Part shown: one piece after another, positions 19,653 to 27,929 of the stretch
Layout of the letters: the number at the start of each line of letters is the position of its first letter
Numbering within the stretch: position 1 is the first letter of the stretch
Source of the DNA: an uncultured Clostridia bacterium
Lineage (GTDB): Bacteria; Bacillota; Clostridia; Saccharofermentanales; Saccharofermentanaceae
NCBI GenBank assembly: GCA_947302815.1
Contig: CAMYWO010000001.1
Location: 42,637 to 106,636 of the forward strand
DNA length: 64,000 nucleotides
Reading direction: 5' to 3'
Notes under the pieces: model-generated
The model's input: the letters and a program-made list of their open reading frames with translations, nothing else
Databases searched by the model: none
What the model was told of the DNA's origin: nothing
Translations under genes and position numbers: made by a program

Positions 19653-19994
19653 ATGTGTTTATTCTGTGATATCGTAGAAGGCAAGATCCCTTCCACCAAG
19701 GTATTTGAGAACGACAAGGTCCTGGCTTTCAAGGACATCAACCCGGCAACACCGGTACATGTTCTGATCGTTCCGAAAAAGCACTTTGACGACATCCTCG
19801 ATATGTCCTCTTCCGCAGAAGGTAAAGAGGCACTCGGTGATGTCCTCGACGCGATCCCGGAAGTAGTCAAGGCAACCGGCATCGACGAAGGATTCAGGAT
19901 CATCAACAACTGCCGTGAGTTCGGCGGACAGACCGTCAAACACGTACACTTCCATATCCTCGGCGGCGTAAAGCTTTCCGAGAAGATGATCTGA
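19653..19994 (+). CDS. HIT (histidine triad) family protein
   Basis: 113 aa; CLFCDIVEGKIPS...HVHFHILGG. Confidence 0.9.
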   Translation: MCLFCDIVEGKIPSTKVFENDKVLAFKDINPATPVHVLIVPKKHFDDILDMSSSAEGKEALGDVLDAIPEVVKATGIDEGFRIINNCREFGGQTVKHVHFHILGGVKLSEKMI

Positions 19995-20017
19995 CCGGTC
20001 GGAAAATATTGGAAATA

Positions 20018-20055
20018 AAACCGGAGCTTTTCTGCTGGAATTGCTCCGGTTTTTT
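20018..20055 (+). terminator. Rho-independent terminator after alaS and the HIT gene
   Basis: AAACCGGAGC (20018-20027) pairs with GCTCCGGTTT (20043-20052), followed by a T-run. Confidence 0.8.
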
Positions 20056-20220
20056 GCTGCCTGAAACCGTGATAAAATACTTTCGCGAAATATTGTTATA
20101 CATTTGGGGACGATATTCTGTGGCGTAAAACGCCTGTAGACGCTATAGTATAGGTGAATAGGTTTGTAACGAGCGTGGATTGTTTCTGTTTTTCCGTTAT
20201 CATGTTCCGCTCGAGTAAGA

Positions 20221-20257
20221 AGGAGCTGGTTTTATGTGTTTCCCAGCTCCTCTTTTT
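20221..20257 (+). promoter_or_regulatory. Terminator-like hairpin that also sequesters a Shine-Dalgarno sequence and a start codon
   Basis: AGGAGCTGG (20221-20229) pairs with CCAGCTCCT (20243-20251). 13-nt loop, then CTTTTT. No annotated gene ends here. Confidence 0.5.
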
Positions 20258-20391
20258 ATGCCAGAAATGCCTGCAAATCCGACGTCCGTAACCAGAAAAT
20301 TTCAGATATGTCACTTAGATGTTATGTGTTTCGTATATACTGAAAATGTGATTTCAGGCGGTTCGCCTGTGATTTGTGGGGTGAGGAACTA

Positions 20392-22245
20392 ATGGCCAAA
20401 AAGAAAAACAGAGTGCTCTGCTATGTGAAAAGATCTGTCGGAGCGGTCGTGATTACCGGTGTGCTGGCAGGAACATGCATGGTACCTTCGAAGGTGCGCG
20501 CACAGGAAGATCTCACCTCGGATTATGTGGACCTTACATATAAGACACTTCTCGGACAGGATCCGGATGTCGAGTCCTTCGGGTTCTGGTATAACAATCT
20601 CAAGAACGGAAATACCACGGCGGCCGGCATGATCGAGATGCTGACCGAAAGTGAGGCCTTTAAAGCAAAGGGATATGATTCCGGCAAGTCGATCGATACG
20701 GTATCTCTGGCGATGACCGGAAAAGAGCCGAATCAGGAAACAAGAGCGAAGTATACGGACTACCTCGATAAGGGAGTCAGTCTCCGGACATATATCTACG
20801 AAGTTACAAAAGACCCCGGGTTCGCTTCGGCATGCGCACAGTACGGCATCACGCCGGGTGAGATCACCGATCTCGAGCCGATGGATAAGGATCCGGAACT
20901 TGCTGCCTTTGTCGGCGAGATCTTCACGGAGATGTACGGAAGAGCCCCGGTGGCAAAAGAAACCAACATCTGGGTCGAGTTCTTTTACAGCGGAAAAGGA
21001 GTCGCCCCGACGATCGATCAGATCATTCATTCTTCCGAGTTTGCTTCACTGGCAAAATCAGATGATCAGACGATCGATGCTCTTTGCCATGTAATGCTCG
21101 GACGTGATGCGTCTTCCGATGAAAAAGCACTGTACCTTTCGTATCTCGATAACGGTGCTTCCATGAGCTATGTAACCGATAAGATCTCGGACAGCCAGGC
21201 TTTTGCAGACCGCTGCACACGCCTCGGCATCGCACCCGGACATGTCACGCTTACCCAGCCGAGAGATAACAACTATGAGCTGACATCTTTCCTGACACGT
21301 CTTTATTCCAGATTCTCCGGTAACCGGCCGGGAGAGGACGATCTGAACAAGTATGTCAACGAGACGATCGAAGATCCCGGAAGAGTTCGGGAAGTTATCT
21401 CGCAGATGCTTTCCACACCAGAGAGCCAGGCACTTCTGGAAAGTGATGACGATTTCCTGAATACCGTGTTCGAAGTCTTCTACGGACAGGCACCTGAACA
21501 GGAGAAGATCCAGGCGTATAAGATCGGTCTGAGTAACGGCATCACGAGAGAGAGAGTTCTGTATTCGATCCTTCAGGATCCGGCTTTTGATACGAAGATG
21601 AGTGAATACGGGATCGATACCCATGTGGAGAAGGTTGTTCCCGAGAAGATCGTCGCGCTGACGTTTGACGACGGTCCGTATACGGATGTTACGATGCGCA
21701 TCCTCGATGTGCTCGAGCCGTATGGCGCACATGCGACATTCTTCGTGACCGGTGACCGTGTCAACCGCTACCGCGACTGCATTATCCGTGCGACGAATAT
21801 GCACTGTGAGATCGGTGACCATACCTGGAACCATACGACACTTACCAAGATCTCGGGAGATGCTGTCCATAAGCAGATCTGGGACACCGCGGATGCGATC
21901 TATAACCTGACCGGCATCTATCCGAAAGTAATGCGACCGGTCGGAGGTTCGTATAACTCGACGGTCGCCGAGAATGTCGATATGCCGATGATCCTCTGGT
22001 CGATCGATACCAATGACTGGAAATACAGAGACAGCCAGCACGTCATCAACGAAGTCCTCACGAATGTCCGTGACGGAGATATCATTCTCTGCCATGACCT
22101 TTATGAGACGACGGCGACGGCAATGGAGACAGTCATTCCGGAACTGATCAACCGGGGATATACACTGGTCACGATCAGTGAGCTGGCGGAATATAAGAAA
22201 AAAGAACTGCAGAACGGAAAAGCATATTCCTCCATGAGAGGGTGA
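20392..22245 (+). CDS. Secreted polysaccharide deacetylase (NodB domain) with N-terminal DUF4214-type repeats
   Basis: Start at MAKKKNRV (GAGGA upstream) with a signal peptide. Four repeats of the LLGQDPD...GF.Y / SEAF type. C-terminal VALTFDDGPY...HATFFVTGDRV...IGDHTWNHTTL. Confidence 0.85.
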   Translation: MAKKKNRVLCYVKRSVGAVVITGVLAGTCMVPSKVRAQEDLTSDYVDLTYKTLLGQDPDVESFGFWYNNLKNGNTTAAGMIEMLTESEAFKAKGYDSGKSIDTVSLAMTGKEPNQETRAKYTDYLDKGVSLRTYIYEVTKDPGFASACAQYGITPGEITDLEPMDKDPELAAFVGEIFTEMYGRAPVAKETNIWVEFFYSGKGVAPTIDQIIHSSEFASLAKSDDQTIDALCHVMLGRDASSDEKALYLSYLDNGASMSYVTDKISDSQAFADRCTRLGIAPGHVTLTQPRDNNYELTSFLTRLYSRFSGNRPGEDDLNKYVNETIEDPGRVREVISQMLSTPESQALLESDDDFLNTVFEVFYGQAPEQEKIQAYKIGLSNGITRERVLYSILQDPAFDTKMSEYGIDTHVEKVVPEKIVALTFDDGPYTDVTMRILDVLEPYGAHATFFVTGDRVNRYRDCIIRATNMHCEIGDHTWNHTTLTKISGDAVHKQIWDTADAIYNLTGIYPKVMRPVGGSYNSTVAENVDMPMILWSIDTNDWKYRDSQHVINEVLTNVRDGDIILCHDLYETTATAMETVIPELINRGYTLVTISELAEYKKKELQNGKAYSSMRG

Positions 22246-22330
22246 GAGTGCTTTTCAGATACGGGGATAAAGGGTATAGTTGCTGATTTGAATATTGGGG
22301 TGAAAATCTAAAACAGGGAAGAGTGTACCT

Positions 22331-23263
22331 ATGAGTGAGAAAACGAATGCAATTATCGTGGAGATAAGAAAAGTAATCTGCGGCAAGGATACCGTGATCC
22401 TTCAGGCACTGGCCGGAATCCTTTCCGGAGGACATGTCCTGATCGAGGATGTGCCGGGCGTCGGAAAGACAACGATGGCGCTGGCATTCTCCCGCGCGAT
22501 GGGACTGGATTACGGACGTGTACAGTTCACGCCGGACGTTCTTCCTTCCGATATCACCGGTTTTTCTGTATTCGATAAACATTCCCAGTCCATGGTGTAC
22601 CAGCCGGGATCTGTCTTCCATAATCTCTTCCTGGCGGATGAACTGAACCGCGCATCGAGCCGTACGCAGTCCGCACTTCTGGAAGCGATGGAAGAAGGTC
22701 AGGTCACGGTCGACGGTAACACATATGCACTTCCGAAACCATTCACGGTCTTTGCGACACAGAACCCGTCCGGCGCATCCGGAACGTCTCTTCTTCCGGA
22801 CTCACAGATGGACAGATTTGCGATCCGTATCTCGATGGGATATCCGTCCGCCGATGCGGAAAAAGCAATGCTCGAAGATAGAAAAGACGGCAATAACCCG
22901 CTGAATTCCGTACGCTGCCTCTGCAGTGCATCGGAGCTTCTGGCGATGCAGGAAGAAGTCAGCCGCGTGTTCGTTTCCGAACCTCTGCTGGACTATATCA
23001 TCGCACTGGTTGCCGGTACGCGTACGCATGACGATCTGGAGAGAGGCGCAAGCCCCCGTGCGACACTGGCACTGACTTCCATGGCAAGATCCTATGCCTA
23101 TCTTTTCCATAGAAATTACGTGATCCCGAGCGATATCCAGGCCGTATTCACACCGGTCATGGGACACCGTCTGATGCTCACTCCTGAAGCGGAAGTAAGC
23201 GAAAGACGCATCACCGATATCACCCGTGAGATCCTCAAATCGGTTCCTGCACCGAGAGTCTGA
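22331..23263 (+). CDS. MoxR family AAA+ ATPase
   Basis: 310 aa; GHVLIEDVPGVGKTTMA (Walker A), LFLADELNRASSRTQSALLEAMEE (Walker B / sensor). Confidence 0.92.
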   Translation: MSEKTNAIIVEIRKVICGKDTVILQALAGILSGGHVLIEDVPGVGKTTMALAFSRAMGLDYGRVQFTPDVLPSDITGFSVFDKHSQSMVYQPGSVFHNLFLADELNRASSRTQSALLEAMEEGQVTVDGNTYALPKPFTVFATQNPSGASGTSLLPDSQMDRFAIRISMGYPSADAEKAMLEDRKDGNNPLNSVRCLCSASELLAMQEEVSRVFVSEPLLDYIIALVAGTRTHDDLERGASPRATLALTSMARSYAYLFHRNYVIPSDIQAVFTPVMGHRLMLTPEAEVSERRITDITREILKSVPAPRV

Positions 23264-23281
23264 TAAGGACGTGCATCACGT

Positions 23282-24187
23282 ATGTTCAGGAGCTGGTGTA
23301 TCTATATCCTGGCGCTGTCCGGCGTCATCGCATTTTTCCTTTTCTACCAGATGTGGCTGGCATGGTACTGTCTGATCATCCTTCTGTTGATCCCGATCCT
23401 GGCGCTTCTGCTGTGCCTGATCTGCGGGACGAACCGGAAGGTTTATCTGACGTCGCCGAGAAATGTAAAGATCGGGGATCAGGCCTTCGTTGATCTGGCG
23501 GTCACGGGAACAGCGGTCAGCGGTTTTTCCGTACTGCGCATCAACTACACGATCCATGAGAAAATGACGGATAAGATCACAAAGAAGAAGCTCTTCGTCC
23601 ATGGCGACAAGCGAGTGAGAATCCCGATGGACACGGCCCACTGCGGTGCTTTTCGCATGGACGTAAAAAAGGTCAGGGTATACGATCCGTTCGGACTCTT
23701 CGGCATCACGAAGAAATGCCGTTCTTCCTGTGAGCTGATCGTCCAGCCTGTCCCGCAGATGCCGGAGGCGCTTCCGGATATGAACGGATTTAAGGCGAAG
23801 AACTTAAGAAGGTCCCAGTCCCCGTATTCGGAGATCTACGACGTGCGCGACTATCTCCTCGGAGACCCGATCAAGAATATCCACTGGAAGGCGTCCGCCA
23901 AGAAGGATGCACTTCTGGTAAAAGAACCTCAGGAAGAGTGTTTCGGGCATGCCCGTGTCTTCCTGGAACTGGATTATGACAGAGATATTTTCGACAGAAA
24001 GATGGGAGAACTTCTGTTCACGTCGGAGTATTTCCTGAAAAAGGAGATGCCCCACAGGATCCGTGTGCTCCCGCCGAGAAAAAAAGAGATCGCCTTTGAG
24101 ATCCAGTCGCAGCGTGATTTGGATCTGGCGGTGCTTCGTATCCTCAGCATGAAGATCCCGAAGGAGACAGCCGATGAGAAAAAGTGA
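23282..24187 (+). CDS. DUF58 domain-containing protein
   Basis: Two N-terminal TM helices. YDVRDYLLGDPIKNIHWKASAKKDALLVKE is the DUF58 signature. Lies immediately after moxR. Confidence 0.85.
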   Translation: MFRSWCIYILALSGVIAFFLFYQMWLAWYCLIILLLIPILALLLCLICGTNRKVYLTSPRNVKIGDQAFVDLAVTGTAVSGFSVLRINYTIHEKMTDKITKKKLFVHGDKRVRIPMDTAHCGAFRMDVKKVRVYDPFGLFGITKKCRSSCELIVQPVPQMPEALPDMNGFKAKNLRRSQSPYSEIYDVRDYLLGDPIKNIHWKASAKKDALLVKEPQEECFGHARVFLELDYDRDIFDRKMGELLFTSEYFLKKEMPHRIRVLPPRKKEIAFEIQSQRDLDLAVLRILSMKIPKETADEKK

Positions 24188-26585
24188 TTACGTCATCCCG
24201 GCTTCTTCGTCCGCCAAGCCGGTCAACTACATATTCCCGACGCTGCTGACCACGATCCTATGCATCAGCTTTACGCTTATGCTGACAAGCACGTATGCGC
24301 TGTCCGTTAATAAGCAGATGATCATGATCGTTATCCTTTCGATGGCTTTCGTGGCGACCTGCCTTCATATCCTGACCGAGAAGAAAAAGTGGGTATCGCG
24401 GGTAATCCTGATTCTGTCTTTGTTTATTCCCGTACTTGTGGTCTGGGCCGATATCGGCGGAGTGAGAAGAGGCGTGGACGCGCTGGCATATGTGCTTAAG
24501 AGGTTTACCTTCCGTGACTGGGACTACGACGTCGAGAAGCCGCATGACGCCGAAGGCGTGCTGACGGGTTTCCTCCTTGTTGTGAATACTCTTCCGGTGC
24601 TTTTCACTTCGTACGTGATCGCGAGAAGAAAAAGTATTCTCCTTTGCATTCCTTTCTATGTACCGTTCCTCTTCCTGTCGGTCGCGCTGAACTATAAGTT
24701 CCCGGAGCAGCTCTGGTGTGAACTTGCCATCGGCGGAATCATTCTTCTTTGCCTGTTCCACTGTCTCCGTAAGAGCGACCGCGTCGCAGGGGACAGGAAG
24801 CTTCTGATCATGACGGTGCCTGCAATGTGCCTGGCATTTCTGGTCGGGATATGGTTCCCGCAGGAAGGCTATGACAAGAATAAACTCGCCGTCCGGAGCC
24901 TGAACAGTATCGAAGAGTTCTTCGGCCAGAGCAAGCTTCCCGGCAATCTCGGCAAAGTATCGGGTTCGGGTTCGAAAAGCGAAAAGAAACCCTACATGGG
25001 CGGAATCGAGATCTCGCAGGAGGATGGCGAGATTTCCTTTTCCCGTGTCGAGCATGAATACGAAGATCTGAACAGAGTCGGAAACTTCGATCCGCCGGAC
25101 TATGTGCTGATGAAGGCCTGCCGGTATGATCTGCTGGATTATGATATGGTGAGCACCTATCAGGGCGATCTGCCGATTGAACCCGGCGACCGGGCTCTTT
25201 ATCTTAGAAACCGTTCGCTGGATACCTATACCGGTCATGAGTGGGGCAATGCCGAAGAAGAACCCCGATCTGAGCATATCTATGCGGAGGATGCAGCATT
25301 ACAGGCTCGGGTAACCGCATTCGCGCTCAGTGTTGACACTATGGATTCTATGGATTACCACTACTATGTGCCATGCTATACTGACTTCTATACTATGCTG
25401 GGAGACGATACGGGGATCTATCCGGGAACACAGGATTTCAATGTCCTCCTATCCCTCGGCGAATCTGATTCGACGATTAACACCTATCCGTTCTATGGAG
25501 TTCCCGTTCAGAGATCTGCAGATGTCTGGTCCGAGGAGTATCTGAAGTATGTGAATACGACCACTCTTGATGTGCCGGAGGAGACGCGTAAGCAGATCCT
25601 GGACAGCGGTCTTCTTCCTGAGTGGTATATGGCGCTTTATAACGGTGAGATCGAGGCCTCAGTCTATGATAAGGTCATCGCCGTCAGCACGTTCGTCAAC
25701 AAGCTCCATCCGTATGACTCGCATACGGATTACCCGGACGAGGACAAAGATTTTGTCGTATGGTTCATGGAGGATAGTCAGACCGGTTTCTGTGTGCACT
25801 ATGCGTCAACGACCGTCATACTTCTCCGTATGCTCGGTGTGCCGGCGAGGTACTGTACCGGATATATGCTCGACAACATGCTTTTGTCTGCAAAGGATTA
25901 CTTTGTTTCCACGAAGGATGCACATGCCTGGTTCGAGTTTTTCACTCCGGAATACGGCTGGGTCATGGGAGATCCGACACCGGGTAATTCCCTGGTTGCG
26001 GATGGCTATGATGTGCACGCTCTGATTGAGAAATACGGAATCCCGAGCAGTGCGGAAGAACTGATGAAATACGGAGAACCTGATAACCCGACGGTGACAC
26101 CAAAGCCCGGAAACAGAGCCACGCCGACTCCGCGTCCGACCGGTTCTGCGGGAAAAGCACCCGATGGCGGCAAAACACCCGGAGCTGACGGAGATTCGGG
26201 AAATTCATCCGACAGCAAAGGTTTGAAGATGAACCCGATCGTACGTAAGATCCTCCTCGGTGCGGGAGTTGTTATTCTGATCCTGCTTCTGATCCGTGCC
26301 ATCTATACGGCACTATGGAGAAGAGCCTTTAGCAGAAGCGACATCAATGCCCGGGCGAGAGCCTACTATCACTATTTTTCCTGGATCGGAAGAAAGTGGA
26401 ACAGGCGTCCTTCTTCGCAGGTAAGAACGATCGCGCAGAAGGCGGCATTCAGTAAAGAAGGCATCACTGAAAAAGAACTGGAAGATCTCGTTTCTTCTGG
26501 AAAACATGAGCTTTTGAAAGCGCGCAAAAAACAGCACTGGTACAGAAAAGTTCCTGTACAGGTTCTTTTTGAAGTAAGGGTTTAA
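24174..26585 (+). CDS. Transglutaminase-domain membrane protein
   Basis: 803 aa, overlapping the DUF58 stop. Multiple TM helices. Cys-His-Asp core: GFCVHYASTTVILLRMLGVPARYCTGY ... DAHAWFEFF ... WVMGDPTP. C-terminal TM helix. Confidence 0.85.
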   Translation: MRKSDYVIPASSSAKPVNYIFPTLLTTILCISFTLMLTSTYALSVNKQMIMIVILSMAFVATCLHILTEKKKWVSRVILILSLFIPVLVVWADIGGVRRGVDALAYVLKRFTFRDWDYDVEKPHDAEGVLTGFLLVVNTLPVLFTSYVIARRKSILLCIPFYVPFLFLSVALNYKFPEQLWCELAIGGIILLCLFHCLRKSDRVAGDRKLLIMTVPAMCLAFLVGIWFPQEGYDKNKLAVRSLNSIEEFFGQSKLPGNLGKVSGSGSKSEKKPYMGGIEISQEDGEISFSRVEHEYEDLNRVGNFDPPDYVLMKACRYDLLDYDMVSTYQGDLPIEPGDRALYLRNRSLDTYTGHEWGNAEEEPRSEHIYAEDAALQARVTAFALSVDTMDSMDYHYYVPCYTDFYTMLGDDTGIYPGTQDFNVLLSLGESDSTINTYPFYGVPVQRSADVWSEEYLKYVNTTTLDVPEETRKQILDSGLLPEWYMALYNGEIEASVYDKVIAVSTFVNKLHPYDSHTDYPDEDKDFVVWFMEDSQTGFCVHYASTTVILLRMLGVPARYCTGYMLDNMLLSAKDYFVSTKDAHAWFEFFTPEYGWVMGDPTPGNSLVADGYDVHALIEKYGIPSSAEELMKYGEPDNPTVTPKPGNRATPTPRPTGSAGKAPDGGKTPGADGDSGNSSDSKGLKMNPIVRKILLGAGVVILILLLIRAIYTALWRRAFSRSDINARARAYYHYFSWIGRKWNRRPSSQVRTIAQKAAFSKEGITEKELEDLVSSGKHELLKARKKQHWYRKVPVQVLFEVRV

Positions 26586-26627
26586 GTGACGTATTACAAC
26601 AGAATGAATTAATAATGTGAACAGATA

Positions 26628-26667
26628 CAGGCGGATCATAACGCATTTTTGCGGGATGATCCGCCTG
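26628..26667. terminator. Perfect 12-bp hairpin between convergent genes; no clear U-tract
   Basis: CAGGCGGATCAT (26628-26639) pairs with ATGATCCGCCTG (26656-26667), 16-nt loop. Confidence 0.4.
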
Positions 26668-26729
26668 AACATATACTTGTGTGTCCTTCTGGAAAAGGCC
26701 ATGAAGTGGTCAATACTTGCCTTGTTGGA

Positions 26730-26984
26730 TTACTTCTCGTTAGACTTTGCTTCCAGAACTGCTTTCGCCAGCTGATCAGCGCATGATGTCGGCTTAAAAC
26801 CACAGGTGTTGCCGAGAAGCTTGTCGGCGATGTCATCTGCTTTCCAGCCGTCAACGAGTTTACTGATCGCCTTGAGGTTGCCGTTGCATCCGTTAGTGAA
26901 AACGACGTCAGTAACAACTCCGTCATTGATCTCGAAGTCGATCTTGGTTGCGCAGGTTCCGCTGGTGCGATAAGAATAATGCAT
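26730..26984 (-). CDS. TSCPD-domain small protein (TIGR03905-like)
   Basis: 84 aa; GTCATKIDFEINDGVVTDVVFTNGCNGNLKAISKLVDGW...GNTCGFKPTSCADQLAKAV. Confidence 0.75.
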   Translation of the reverse strand: MHYSYRTSGTCATKIDFEINDGVVTDVVFTNGCNGNLKAISKLVDGWKADDIADKLLGNTCGFKPTSCADQLAKAVLEAKSNEK

Positions 26985-27027
26985 AGTTGTGTTCCTCCGA
27001 TAGTGCTTTTGAAATAGAATTTAACCT

Positions 27028-27609
27028 TTAGATCTTCGGCAGAAGCGAGATGTCACGCTCGACGGGACAGGGTGGAAGGTATTTGCTGAATACCTCAACA
27101 TATCTCGTGCCGAAAGAGATGGAGACGAGCTCGGAAAAAGCGATGCGTGTCGGCTTCTCGTCCCACTTGCCGTCCGTGTCGAAACCGCGGACGAAGATAT
27201 AGCGGTCATCCTTCTTTTCGATCCGTCCGATCACGTAGTCAATATTTCCGCTGTTTCTGTCCTCGGACTCGAAGATCGCGTTCAGGCGGTTATGTGAAAG
27301 ATAGTTCAGCACGCCTTCCCAGGAAGTGATATCGATGTCGGGCTTCTTGACCTGCGCGGTCACGCCCTCGTTCTCGAGGATATCGTTTGTCAGGTCAACT
27401 TTCGAATTGATCTCGACAAGATCCTTCAAGCGGCGGACGACATAGCCATCCAGACGGAAATCCTGTTCGTCCATATACATAAAAAGCTCCTCGCCGGCCT
27501 TGACCGGGAAACAGCTGTAACAGTTCGGGTCGGCTTTTAAAAACATGCGGCAGAGAAGCGTCTGGCGACAGGCTTCTTCCAGGACTGCGGTGATCTCGAA
27601 TTTCTTCAT
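27028..27609 (-). CDS. Hypothetical protein (two beta-rich repeats, no family assigned)
   Basis: Start at MKKFEIT (RBS AGGAGGGG). No motif recognised. Confidence 0.6.
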   Translation of the reverse strand: MKKFEITAVLEEACRQTLLCRMFLKADPNCYSCFPVKAGEELFMYMDEQDFRLDGYVVRRLKDLVEINSKVDLTNDILENEGVTAQVKKPDIDITSWEGVLNYLSHNRLNAIFESEDRNSGNIDYVIGRIEKKDDRYIFVRGFDTDGKWDEKPTRIAFSELVSISFGTRYVEVFSKYLPPCPVERDISLLPKI

Positions 27610-27929
27610 GGTACCCCTCCTGCGCAAAGAAAAATACTTGCTTTTGATTATATCACGGATATATGCAGTCTCATCATAGCAGAAAGCGGGGCGGGGGAAT
27701 CACCTCCGACGCTTTCCAAATGTAAATATTATGTAAACGGAATAAGGCAAAAAGTTCCGAAAAACACACTATTCTTGGGCGTTTTTTGTTAGATGAGGCA
27801 GGTGCCTTTATGATAGAATTATTATATCGGATTCTGCCGTGTGTCACGTGGGGGTGTTAGGGGCAGAACAGAGGGTAAGCGAAGTAAAGGCGGTACGGTG
27901 TGCGAGGGGCGTTCACCGGTAGTTGGGGT

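Noticed and set aside
18497-19939. 480-aa antisense ORF across the alaS 3' end and the HIT gene
   Set aside because: It spans two well-supported + strand genes and their junction, and has no motif or RBS support.
20085-20220. Known cell-wall-associated riboswitch classes (c-di-GMP-I/II, ydaO/c-di-AMP) upstream of the deacetylase gene
   Set aside because: Compared from memory with the conserved cores, only trivial matches (GGGGACG, GGTGAAT) were seen. It cannot be called without a covariance-model scan, and the region is reported only as an unexplained structured leader.
20096-20314. 72-aa minus-strand ORF in the alaS-HIT / deacetylase intergenic region
   Set aside because: It has no RBS and runs antisense through a + oriented terminator-like hairpin. 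Its composition is uninformative.
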